38,449 bases of DNA from Chiloscyllium plagiosum (GCF_004010195.1 NW_025214919.1:16552-55000), one strand, 5' to 3'; positions 1 through 11,500 are shown, counted from the first letter of the stretch. Notes: generated by a model not told the origin, from the sequence alone. A program made the numbers and translations.

Positions 1-173
1 ACACAAAGGGCAAGTAACACACGTACCACACAAAGACAAGGAACACACGTACCACACAAAGGGCAAGTAGCACACGTACCACACAAAGACAAGTAACACT
101 CACAACACACAAAGGGCATGTTACACCCGTACCACACAAAGGACAAGAAATACACGCACCACACAAAGGGCAG
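1..173. repeat. Minisatellite, 26-27 bp unit (ACACAAAGGGCAAGTAACACACGTACC), about 6.5 copies, truncated by window start
   Basis: Units start at 1, 28, 54, 81, 107, 134 and 161, each beginning ACACAAAG. The first five alternate 27-bp (GGGCA) and 26-bp (GACA) forms. Confidence 0.9.
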
Positions 174-221
174 ACAATGAACATCTGAGAGAATCTAACA
201 ATCATCCCACTCTTAACACCC

Positions 222-735
222 AAACTATCCTTCATCTACAAGGCAGACGTCTGGGAGTGATTGAACTGAATGGGTGCAGCTCCAAAAATGCTCAAGAAGC
301 TTGACACCATCCAGGACAAAGCCCACTTGTGTGGTACCAAATCCAGAAGCATCCGGGCCCTCCGCCACTGACACTCAGTCGCAGCAGTGTGCACCATTAA
401 TAAGGTGCACTGCAAAAATTTACCACCGCTCTAAACTAGCACTGACTAAACCCACGACCATTACTATCCAGACGGGCAAGAGCAGCAGATGCATTGGAAC
501 ACCAGCACCTATAAGTTGCTTCCAAGCCACTCACCATCTTGACTTGAAAATATTCCTTCAGTGTTGTTGGGTTAAACTTCTGAGACTCCTGTCACATTGT
601 AGGGTCTATGTAGGTAGCACAGGGACTTGCAGTGGTTCAAGAAGGCAGCTCATCACTACTTTAAGGGCAAGTAGTGATAGACAATTAATACTGGCCCAGC
701 CAGGATTACCCACATCCCATGAGTGAATGAAAGAA
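222..735 (+). mobile_element. Degenerate 3' end of a non-LTR retrotransposon (LINE family B, CR1/L2/Jockey supergroup)
   Basis: Colinear with 6025-6455 (+), sharing e.g. CATCTACAAGGCA, CCAAGCCACTCA and TTCCTTCAGTGT. Also matches 6900-7000 (-). Ends in CCCACATCCCATGAGTGAATGAAAG, an A-rich tail. Boundaries approximate. Confidence 0.75.
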
Positions 736-736
736 C

Positions 737-1072
737 AAATTCAGCCTATCAAGCCTGTACCACATTTAACATGACCATGGCTGATACTATACCCTGAGAC
801 TGGGATGCCTTGTTCTAGACTCCCCAACAAGGAGAAACATCTATCTAGTCTATTTCGCACAATTAGAATTTTATACATTTCAATCAAATCCCCTCTCATT
901 CTTCAGAGCAGTAGACAATAAAGGCCCAGTGAAACCAATCTCTCCACACTTAACAGTCCTTCCATCCCCAGTATCAGTCTAGCACGCATCTGCTGCCCTC
1001 CCTGTATGGCACCCTTTTCTCAGCAGGGAGACCAAACTCTATATTCCAGGTGTGATCTCACCGAGACCCTAC
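737..1072 (-). mobile_element. CR1-type LINE, minus strand, segment 1 (3' end / ORF2 C-terminus)
   Basis: Reverse complement resembles the CR1 ORF2 C-terminus and 3' UTR, and is homologous in reverse orientation to 2830-3080 of the plus-strand CR1. The element resumes at about 3381. Confidence 0.7.
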
Positions 1073-1504
1073 TACCAAGGCTGGGGCTGGGTGAGTGAAG
1101 GGGAGAGAGTAGGCTTTACGTGTTCGGTTACAGAGTCTAACCTACTTTTATTCCTTACCCATCGAGCAGGAACGTTTCAGGTTGAGTTTGACGTCTTTGA
1201 GTGTGGCTTCATGCTTCCAGTCTGAGGTGGTGCTGTGGCCCATCATTTGCAGCAGGCAAGTGCAATCTCCTGAAGGGTAGAGGTCATGGTGTTATTACAA
1301 GATAAAAATATATGTTGCTGAAGAAAAGCGTATTGCTGGAGTTTTTCTATTTTTCAGTCATCAGGACAAATTCAAGAGTGCTAAATTACAAATGATCACA
1401 ACAATTTACCTCCAGGCTAAAGCATTTGACAATGTGTCTGTCATTTAGGCAAGGTTCAAGCTCTGTACTACAGAGGATTGTGTGACAGCTACATGTGTGC
1501 CTGT

Positions 1505-3379
1505 GGGAATTTAAGGAAATAAATATCAATGTCTTGAAAAGAGTACACATTACAGAAGACAAGGTGCTGGAGGGCTTAAAATGTATAAAGGTAGTTAGAT
1601 CTCTGGGACCTGATCAAGTTTATTCTGGGACATTGTGGGAAGTTGGGGAAAAAACTGGAGGCCCTCTATCAGAGATATTTGTATTATCTACAGGCACAGG
1701 AGAGGTCCGCAAGACTGGAGGGTGGCTAATGTTGTGCCTTTATTTAAGAAAGACTGCAAGGAGAAGCCTGGGAACTATAGACCTGTGAGTCTGACATCGG
1801 GGATGGGCAGGTTATTGGAGGGGTTCTGAGGGACTGGCTTGATATGCATTTTGAGAGGCAAGAACTGATTAGGGATAGTCAGTATGGGCTTTGTGTGTGA
1901 GAAATCACGTCTCATAAACTTAATTGAGTATTTTTAGGATGTGATCAAGTAGATGAGGGCAGAGTGGAAGACATTATCTCCATGGGCTTTAGCAAAGCCT
2001 TTGATAAGATTCTGCATCGTAGACTGGTCAGTAAAGTTAGATCACATCGGATTCAGGGAGACTTTGCCAATTGAATACAAAATTGGCTGATGGTAAAAAA
2101 CAGAGGATGGTGGTGGAGGGGTATTTTTGGACTGAAGGCCTGTGACCAGTGGTGTCCCGTGGAAATTGTGCTAGGTCCACTTTGATTTGTCATTTATTTA
2201 AATGATTTGGTTGAGAATATTGGAAGCATTGGCTTCACACAGAGGGTGGTGAGGTCTGGAATGCGTTGCCAGCCTGAAGTGTTATGCAGGTATGGTAGAT
2301 TAATTTAAGATGTGTCTGGACAAATGCATGAGTAGGTGGAGAGCAGAGGGACACAGATCCTTAGGAATTCGTCAACAGGTTTAGACAATAGATTTGGATC
2401 GGCTCAGGCTTGACGAGCTGAAGGGCCTGTTCCTGGGCTGTAAATTTTCTTTGTTCTGTTTGTTCATTGTTAGTAAGTTTATGGATGACACCAATATTGG
2501 TGGTATAGTAGAAAATGAGGAAGATTGTCTAAGAATACAGAGGGATCTTGATTACTTGGGCCAATAGCCCAAGGTGTTGGAGACCAGAGTTTAATTTAGA
2601 TAAATGTGATGTGTTTGCATTTTGGTAAAACGAACAAGGCCAGGGCTTAAGCAGCTAATAGTAGGGCTCTGGGGAGTGTTGTAGAACAGACAGACCTAAT
2701 GGTGAGATACGTAGTTCATTTAAAGTTGAATCACAAGTGAACAGAATGGGAAATAAAGTGTTTGGCATGCTTGCCTTCATTGTTCAGACCATAGAGTGTA
2801 GAGTTGGGATGTCATGTTGAGGTTGTACAGGATGTTGGTGAGACCTCTTATGGAGTACTGTGTATAGATCTGGGTGACCTGCTATAGGAATGATATTATT
2901 AAATTGGAGAGGGTTCAGAAAAGATTTACCAAGATGTTATTGAGACTGGACTGCTTGAGTTATAAAGAGAGGATAAGGCTGGGACCTTTTCCCTGGAGTG
3001 TAGGAGGTTAAGGGGTGACCTTGCAGAGGTTGACAAAATCACGAGGGGCATACATTGGGTGAACAACCAAGGTCTTTTCCCTCGGGTTGGGGAGTTCAAA
3101 ACTGGAGGGTGTAACTTTAAGGTAAGAGGAGAAAGATTTCAAAGGGGTAATGTTTTCACGAACCATGAACGTAGTTCATATGTGGAATAACTGCCAAAGG
3201 AAGTTATAGGTGCAGGTATAGTTACATTTAAAAGACATTTGGACAGGTACATGATTAGGAAGAATTTAAAGGTATATGGGCCAAATGCAAGCAAATGGGA
3301 CTACATTAATTTAGGATATCTGCTTGGCATGGACGAGTTGGACCAAAGGATCTGTTTCCATGCTGTATGACTTTATGAT
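1505..3379 (+). mobile_element. 5'-truncated CR1-type LINE (ORF2 reverse-transcriptase pseudogene plus 3' UTR)
   Basis: Translated fragments include GPDQVY, DWRVANVVPLFKKDCKEKPGNYRPVSLTS, GFSKAFDKI, and KFMDDT (degenerate FADD, about 2475-2492). Many stops and frameshifts. The 3' end GACCAAAGGATCTGTTTCCATGCTGTATGACTTTATGA is typical of CR1 tails. Confidence 0.9.
2232..2464 (+). mobile_element. Short 5'-truncated CR1 3' end (different subfamily) nested inside the plus-strand CR1
   Basis: Flanked by the direct repeat CATTG (2227-2231, 2465-2469). Parallels the host's own 3' end (3155-3370). Ends GAAGGGCCTGTTCCTGGGCTGTAAATTTTCTTTGTTCTGTTTGTT. Removing it restores the host RT sequence leading into the FxDD motif. 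Confidence 0.8.
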
Positions 3380-3380
3380 G

Positions 3381-3585
3381 CAATTCAGACATCCCATTTT
3401 GCAATGAAGGCCAACATACCATTCACCTTCCTCATTAATTAGTGAGCCTGCATGTTTACTTTCATTGCCTGGTGTACAAGGACACCCAGATCCCTTTGTG
3501 CATCCACATTTCCCAACATATCCCCAGTGAAATAATCTCTTATTTTCTGTTTTTCATACCCGAGTGTATAACTTCATATTTATCT
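3381..3585 (-). mobile_element. CR1-type LINE, minus strand, segment 2
   Basis: GCAATGAAGGCCAACATACC...GTACAAGGACACCCAGATCCCT is the reverse complement of CR1 ORF2 (compare TTTGGCATGCTTGCCTTCATTG at 2761-2782). It follows colinearly from segment 1. Confidence 0.75.
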
Positions 3586-4942
3586 GTGCAACATCTGGAT
3601 GCAAGATGTGGCAGAGTAGTAGCATAAGGTGAGGGATTCTGGCCAGAGCTCATCTATTCTGTTTGTTTTTAATTTATTCCTTCTTTCACTGTTTTCTTAC
3701 TTTAGTCAACTTACCTTCTGTGGAGAATGGGTTTGTGCAGCGTGGAGGAGATCAACACATGGGAGATGGAGCCCAACGTGGTGGCAAGAGAGGTCTCCCA
3801 ACAGCTGCAGTGGGGTCGAGATCAAGTAGTTCCAGGTCTCCCAGCAGTTGCAGGGGAGATCAAACGTACCTTCTGTCGGGGAAACAGCAGCAGCAACGGC
3901 ATTATGGCTTCATCGGAGCTGGAGCGTGGCAATGTCTGGGAGCCTGGATTGGGACTTGATAGTCAGAGATCATGCCCAGTGTGGGAGAGTGAGGCCAGTA
4001 CCTGCGGGAGTGCAAGAGCAGACAGCCCGAGGTCTCCTGGAGAGTGGGCCAAAGCAAAGGTGATTGAGCCCTTGTAGGGAGTGTGAGCTCAGCATAGCTA
4101 AGCACTTCAGAAAAACTGTTGAACTTTTAAATTTATTTCTTTATTTTTCTATTTTATACTGTTATGGACCAGGCCAATTCCCCTCAAAATATATTAAGAA
4201 GATAGTGTAGACCCTAACTTTCTCTTATTTTAAAGTAAGTTTAGGGCATTGTGTTCCGGTTGCAATTCGCTTAGTTAATCTACTTCTCTTTAAGCAAAAC
4301 TCACTTTATGTTATACTATGGTTAAAATTCAAACAAAATAAACATAAAAGAATTAGCTTAACTGTAATTATCAAAATGCTGAACAAAATAATATGTATAT
4401 TGATTACTACTAATTAACTATTCAAATAAAGTAGCAGCCACAAAACACACCATTGGCAAAGGCAAATTCAGTAAAATAGATTATCTCACGTGCAGTTTAA
4501 ACAGCAGGAAGAGAACCCCAATTTTTAGTTGCAACAGAGAGAGAAACAAGAGTTTCTACATTTAGCTTCAAAACCCCAGCCGAAAGCTAAAATCTAAAAA
4601 TCCTGGTTCTGTGGGAGGTTGACCCAACCATTCAGGCTGCTTTTATTGTTTCAACTTTTAAAAACTCCAAGGTGTCACAAGTTGTTCATTATTTACTCAA
4701 TGCCTCTGTCTCAATCTTTCTTCATAAAATAAACCAGACAAAAATACACCTGTTGAAGCCACAGTATCATAACAATACTATAAGAGGAACTATAACATTT
4801 AACTTTTAGCTTTGTTTACTTATCTTTCTTTGTTCCTAAGATTTTGTACCTAAGATGGTGCTGGGAATGGCAACTTTGGAGACATATTTCTGTACTTGAG
4901 GACACGTGACAATAATATATAATTCTAAAAATCCAATGTTAA
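3586..4942 (+). mobile_element. Unclassified non-autonomous insertion (GC-rich body, T-rich region, LINE-like tail ...GTGACAATAATATATAATTCTAA), itself interrupted by a solo LTR
   Basis: Flanked by a TTATCT direct repeat (3580-3585, 4943-4948). Excision rejoins the CR1 as ACTTCATATTTATCT-ACATTGTACTGC. No recognisable protein motifs. Strand is inferred from the tail. Confidence 0.6.
4160..4774. mobile_element. Solo LTR (615 bp) of an LTR retrotransposon/ERV
   Basis: Starts TGTTATG (4160) and ends CATAACA (4774), a perfect 7-bp terminal inverted repeat with TG...CA ends. Flanked by the 4-bp target-site duplication ATAC (4156-4159, 4775-4778). No ORF. Confidence 0.8.
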
Positions 4943-5835
4943 TTATCTACATTGTACTGCACCTGTCACGTGTTTGCCCCCTCACTTAATTTGTCTAGAT
5001 CACTTCAAGCATACTTGCATCCTCCTCAGAGTTCACAATCTCACCTAGTTTTGCGTTATGAGTAAACATGGAAAGATTTAATTTGGTTCCCTCATCGAAG
5101 GTTTTCACATATATTGTGACTATCTGGGGCCCAAACATTGAAACCTGCTGTACATCACAAGTTACTACCTGCCTCCTGGAAAAAAGATCTATTTATTCCC
5201 ATTATCTGTTTCTGGTCTGCCAATGAATTCTCAGTCCATGCCAGTATGTTACCTATAAATTTGTCTGCTAGCCTCTTACATGGGATTTTATCAAAAACCT
5301 TCTTGAAATCCAAATATATCACATCCGCTGGTTCTCCTTATCTATTCTGCCAGTAACATTCACAAAAACGAACTCCAGTACATTTGTTAGGTGTGATTTC
5401 CCTTATACAAACCCATGCTGACTTGTCCAATTTCATTAATGCTGTCCAAATGTTGAGTTATCACGTCTTTTATAATAGACTCTAGCATTTTCTCACTACT
5501 AACATTAGACTAACTGGTCTGTGATTCTCATTTCTTTTCTCTGCCTCCTTTTTTTTTGAAAAATAGAGAGGTTACATTTACCACCCATTAATCTGTAGGA
5601 ATTATTCCTGAGTCAATAGGATTTTGAATTATGATCACCAATGCATCCAATATCTCCAGTAGCACTTGTCTTAGTACTGGGGATTTGTCAGCCATTAACC
5701 CTGTTAATTTCCCCAGCACCATTTTCTTAGTAACATTGATTTTCTTCAATACTTTCCTTTCACTAAACCCTTGGCTGTCTAACCTGTCTGGGAAATTGTT
5801 TGTGTCTTTTTTTGTGAAGAGATAACCAAAATATG
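4943..5835 (-). mobile_element. CR1-type LINE, minus strand, segment 3 (RT domain and upstream linker)
   Basis: Minus-strand translation gives KKINVTKKMVLGKLTGLMADKSP...EILDALVIIIQNPIDSGIIPTD, then HRPVSL, SQHGFV and DFKKVFDKIP-type CR1 RT motifs, with stops and frameshifts. Confidence 0.85.
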
Positions 5836-5919
5836 TGGTCAATATACACAAGGCCACAGGGAGAAAATCAGTGTTTTAATTTCAATTTTACAAATAACTG
5901 TAGCATATATTGTTAACTG

Positions 5920-6455
5920 AAAAACATGGCCAGCCATATGAATACTGCAGCTACAAGAGCCAGATAAAGCTAAGGAACGCTGTGACTAACTACACCCCTC
6001 CTGACTCCCCAGGGCCTGTCACCCATCTACAAGGCACATGTCAGGAGTGTGATGGAGTACGTGCCTGAATGAGTACTGCTCCAGAAACACTCACTAAATT
6101 TGACATTATCCAGACCAGCTTGTTTAAATGGCACCACATCCATCCACTTCAACACTCAATCATTCACCACCAACACACAGTGTGTGCTGCAATAACTCAC
6201 GAAGGCTCCTTAGATAGCATCTTCCAAACCCACGGCCACTACCATCTAGAAGGGCAAGGTCAGCACCACTTGCATGTTCCCCTCCAAGCCACTCATTGCT
6301 ATTCCTTCAGTGTCTCTGGGTCAAGGTCCTCAAAGTCCCTCACTCTGATGGCATTGTGGGTCAACTGCTGAAGAATGAGCTCACCCACCACTCTCTCCAG
6401 GGCAACTGGCAATGGGTAATAAACGCATCACATGCCCCCTTAAATTAAACAAAAA
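5920..6455 (+). mobile_element. Degenerate 3' fragment of LINE family B
   Basis: Colinear with 222-735 and with the reverse complement of 6900-7095 (shared TCAGGAGTGTGATGGA). Ends in an A-rich tail (TAAATTAAACAAAAAA). Confidence 0.75.
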
Positions 6456-6894
6456 ACATTACTGCTCTTCAAGGTTGAATTTATTTTCTGGCAAAGCCTT
6501 TGTATGGACATCCTTCCCCACATGGTGTCAGTTACTTAGATTCATAGCAACAAGGAGGAGTGTTGACTGTGAAACCTACAGCCTCTCACCCTGACATTAC
6601 AATATTAACTACTCTGAGAAAAGAAGTTTCTCCTATATTATTCATTGTGACGATAACTCTTTTGGGATCCCTTCACTTTAGTCGATCTTATCGATGTCGA
6701 TCAAACTCCTTCAATTACATGAAAGGCTTCATTGAGAATAGCTCTCTTTTCTGTCTTTCCTTGGCTGAAAGTTTATAAGCAACACTAAAGCAGGAAAGAA
6801 GCAATTTTATTTGAATTTCCTTCTAGCAGAGACTTACCATTTTCCCTTATTTCTTGTAAAGGTTAAAATCAGAAAGCTTTTTTGGGTATTCCAT

Positions 6895-8900
6895 CATGGG
6901 ACATGGCTGTCAAGTTTCCTGAGTCCTGTTGAAGCTGTGTCCATCCAGGCAAGTGGGGAATGTTCCATCACACTCCTGATTTGTGCCTTGATGGTAGACA
7001 GGCTTTGGCGAGTCTGGATATGAGTTTCCCGCTGCAGTATTCCTAGCCTCTGACCTGCTCTTGCAGCCAATGTATATATCAGGCTATTCCAGTTCTGTTT
7101 CAGGACCATGGTAACTCCCAGGATATTGATAATCGGAAATTCAGTGATGGTGATACCATTGAGCGCCAAGGGCAATGGTCATTTTGTCTCTTACTGGAGA
7201 TGGCCAATGCCTGGCATTTGTGTGACTTACTGTTACTTACCACTTTTCAGCCCAAGCCTGGATATTTTTTGGGTCTTGTTGTATTTAGACTTGGACTGCT
7301 TCAGAATTTGAGCAGACATGAGTGGTACTGAACATTGTGCAATCACTAGTGAACAAACCCATGTCTGAACTTATGATGGAGGGAAGATCATTGATGAAGC
7401 AGCTGAAGATGTTTGAGCCTAGGACGCTCCCCTGGGGAACTCCTGCAGCGAGGTCCTGGAGTTGAGATGACTGACCTCCAACAAACACAATCATCTTCCT
7501 ATGTGCCATATATGACTCCAATCAGTGGAAAGATTCCCAGCCCGCGCCCCAATTCAGACAAATGTGACCTTGATATCAAAGGCTGCCACTCTCGCCTCAC
7601 CCCTGGAATCCAGCTGTTTTTTTCATGTTGTAATGAGGTCAGGAGCTGAGTGGCCCTGATGGAACCCAAACTGAGCATCACTGAGCAGTTTGTTGCTGAG
7701 CACTGATAACACTATTGATGAAACCTTCCATCACTTTACTAATGATTGAGGATAGACTAATGGGACGGTAATTAGCTGGGTTGGATATGTCCTGCTTTTT
7801 ATGTACAGAACAGACCCGGGCAACTTTCCATATTGTTGGGTAGATGTCAGTGTTGTAGCTGTACTGGAAGAGTTTGGCTAGGGGAGCGGCAAGTTCTGGA
7901 GCACAAGTCTTCAGTACTATTGCCGGAATGTTGTCAGGGTGCAGAGCCTTTGCAATATCTAGTACCTCCAACAGTTCCTTGACATCACGTGGAGTGAATC
8001 ACGTTGCCTAAAGGTAGACAACTGTTGTGCTGAGCACTTCTAGAAGAGGTCAAGATAGATCATCCACTGGGAATTTTAAGCTGAGAATTGCTGTGAAAGC
8101 TTCAGCCTTATCTTTTGCACTGATGTCCTGGGCTCACCCATCATTGAGGATGGGGATATTTGGGAGTCTCCTCCTCCAGTGAGTTGTTAAATTGTCCATC
8201 ACATTCATATCTGGATGTGGCAGGACTGCAGAGCTTAGATCTGATGCTCTGATTGTGGAATGGTTTAGCTCTATCACTTACTGCTTATGCTGTTTGGCAT
8301 TGCTGGTAACCCTGCATGGTGGCTTCATCAGGTTGACATCTCACCTTCAGTTATGCCTGGTGCTGCTCCTGGCATGGCCTCCTGCACTCTCTATGGAACC
8401 AGGGCTGATCCCCTGGCTGGATGTGAATAGTAAAGTGGGGGATATGCCAGACCATCAGGTCATAGATGGTGCTGGAGTATGATTCTGTTGGTGATGGCAC
8501 ACAGTATTTCATGAATGACCAGTTTTGAGTTGATAGATCTGTTCAAAGTTGGCCCCATTTAGCACAGTGAAAGTGCCACAAAACACAAGCTAAGTGATTA
8601 CCGATGTGAAGATGGGACTTTGTCTCCACAAGGACTGTTCAGTGGTCACTCTTAGCAATATTGTTATGGTCAGGTGATTCTGCGACCAGATAGATTGGTG
8701 AGGATGAGGTCAAATATGTTTTTCCCTCTGGCTGGTTCTCGCACTACCTGCAACAGACGCAGTTGAGCAGCTATGTCCTTTTGGAATTGACCTGCTCAGT
8801 AAGTGTTGCTGCTGCCAAGCCACTCTTGGTGGTGGACATCAAAATCTCTCACCTAGAGTACACTCTGTGGCCTTGTCACCTTCAATGTTTCCTCAAAGTG
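6895..8900 (-). mobile_element. LINE family B ORF2 pseudogene (APE endonuclease + reverse transcriptase), truncated at both ends
   Basis: Minus-strand motifs: RDFDVHHQEWLG (GDFN-like, about 8815-8850) and SDH (about 8642-8650) of the APE domain; PDNIPAIVLKTCAPELAAPLAKLFQYS...NPANYRPISLSSIISKVME; GVPQGSVLG...FINDLP...FTSD (degenerate FADD); IKAQIRSVMEHS. Confidence 0.9.
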
Positions 8901-10954
8901 TTCTTGAATATGCTATCAGATGAGAAAAGACTATTCCACACACAAAATGGGGGAGCATCAAGACTTTGTGCCACATAGGGTCCAGTATGTTTTTGATAAT
9001 CCAATTTCCAATGACATTCAGACTCAGAAACAGTAGTAAGCAAGCCTTTTTATTACAACTGAGAATATAAAATAAATTCACAGAACTTGTTTCCAAGTTA
9101 GTTATAACAGTCTTTTAAAATCAGTTATTTTTACATTTTAATGCTAAAAGCAATTAATAATACACTTTATAATTCCAGTGATATTTTTCTATTCTCTCTA
9201 TGACAGCTTTGCTTTGTCACTGAAAGCTATGAAATCACAGTAACAAAGCTTCAGAATGGACACATTTGATATATTACACAGTCATAAAACTAAGGTGAAT
9301 GTTCATATTCATTTGCTAATACATAAAAAGGAAAATATAATATTCACATAATCTTTACAAGGGAAAATGGGGAAAAAGTGTCATTTCAAAACCTCAATAA
9401 CTTGTTACTTAAAATGTAATTATTGATTTATGTTCAAAGTTCATCATGCCCTTATGTCCACTACATTAACTCTGATTCTTTTAACGTCTAAGAAGACAAG
9501 TACTTAAAAAATATTTAACATACTGGCATTATTATCCAGAAGATTATAGCAATAACAGTAAGAAAAACTAAGCCAAGCAGAAAATCCCTCTATTCTGTGG
9601 ATTAGTAAGAATATTGTACGATATACACTACATATTAATCTACAAACAAATGAACCTTTTTTTAAAAAAATCTACCAATACAATTTATTTTTGTTTTGTC
9701 TTTGTAAGTACTGCTTGTCTGATCTATAAAATACAGAGGAAAAGCTTTCTACATATAGTAGCTCTATTGTCAACCTCTAAGTAGAACACTAGTTTTAAAA
9801 AATGGTGATTGCAGATTAAATAACTGATTTTGATTTTAAACTTGTTTTAAAAAACAAATATGGCTGAAATTTAAAACCAGCTTTCTTTTGGAAAGCCTTA
9901 GCTGCTGCAGTTAAGTATTGGTACACTACTGCTGAGGTAAATGATGGAAAGCAGATTTGTGGAAATCTTTTTAGTGTGCAGCTCCAGTCTTGAAGAGATG
10001 GTTGTAGAGTTCACACAGGCTGCCCAACCTGTTCACTGGTTATGTTTATCGACTGTTAAGCACTTACAAACCTTGTACTGGAAATATATGGATATATAAC
10101 TAAAATCAAAAGGTGTTGTCCTGTGCTATGATTACATTGTTTCACCTTTACACTTTGATTGTGTGCCACAATGTTCAAAAATACAGGATGTAAACATCAG
10201 CAAACAGGATATTAGACTGCAGAGTGTGCACATAATTGTATGTTAATGAGTTCAAGACCAAGTCACTGAGCCACAAAACCCCCCCTTTTTTTTAAAGAGT
10301 GAATGAACAGCAGTGTCCTGCACCTGCTATCACACTGCCACCCAATCAATGATCGACTGCAGCAGTGTGTTCATATCACGTAGGAACACGAGGAGACGGG
10401 TTTCTAATTTGTAATGTACAAGTACAAATATAGATTTGTTACAGGACACTAACAGTCATGAAGCAAACTCACAGCACCAGCAGATATCATGTGGATATCA
10501 GGTGGCAACAGAAATAGCTGTCAAGGGCAACAAAAGATTATTTCTTCTGTGATTTGAAAGCGTTTACCATAAAATGTCTCATCTGCATAGTCTCTACAAA
10601 TTTAAACTCACTGTTCAAAGTGGGATAACTGCCCTATTGGGCAATGCTACAAGTTCCTCAGTGCATAAGGGGGAATTGAGAAGTTCATGTGGTGTGATCT
10701 TAGCATCAGTCACAGAGTGATTATCAGATTCCTGTGTGTAAATAGTCGGGAAGCACAAAATTAATCTTTTCTTAAAGTTAGGTCACAGCAAAGTGCTAAT
10801 GCTCTGAAGATATTTTATACTGACCCTCACTGAAAGTAATGACAATATTTTAACCGGAAACAATTGGCAACAATTTTCTCAGAAAATTCTACTTTCCACA
10901 TGGGCTTGTTATTAAAATTAGTCATTTAAATTTGCATATATTGTTGATTGAAAC

Positions 10955-11500
10955 GAATGACAAACTTGGATATGTGTGGCACTGTTTCAAAATTTGCAGA
11001 TGATGCAAAACTTGGAAGCAACATGAACTGTGGGGAGGCCAGCGATGTATCTGAAGAGATCACACACAAGCCGCTGGAACAAGAGAACAAGCAGCAGATA
11101 CACTTCACACCGAAAGTGATACATTTTGATAGGAAGAACGAGATACACCATAAACTAAAAGACACAATACTAAAGAGCAGAAACCTGGTGGCACGCAGAT
11201 AAGTCCCCAAACTGATGAAGGTAACAGGGCAGGTGGAAAAAGTGGTTAAAAGGCCATATGGCACCTGGGCATGATAAACAGAGGTATCACATACTAAAAG
11301 GGAGTTACTGTGAATCTATATCAGTTACTGACTGGGTCTTAGCATGAACCGTCTCTAACAATGGGGAGCACATTTTCATCAGAATTAGAAAGCTTCAGAC
11401 AGGATGTCGAAAGGTGTACGTGAATGGTTCCAGGTATGAAATAATTCGTTATGTGATAGATTGGAGGACCTGGGACTGTTCTCCTAAGAGAGAGAGAGGT
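10955..11500 (+). mobile_element. Old, heavily diverged CR1-type RT fragment
   Basis: Translation TVSKFADDAKLG (RT catalytic motif), then KVIHFDRKN. Colinear with 2470-3010 of the plus-strand CR1. Confidence 0.8.

Noticed and set aside
274..8978. Short ORFs in the ORF track as host genes or as an active retrotransposon
   Set aside because: They are frameshifted or stop-broken LINE ORF2 pieces, antisense shadows, or motif-less chance ORFs. The RT catalytic motifs are mutated (FMDD, FTSD).
9941..10099. 52-codon plus-strand ORF (MMESRFVEIFLVCSSSLEEM...)
   Set aside because: No recognisable homology or splice support, and the length is compatible with chance.
10304..10373. Small inverted repeats (CACACTGC / GCAGTGTG) suggesting a pre-miRNA hairpin
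   Set aside because: Only 7-8 bp of pairing, far short of a pre-miRNA stem.
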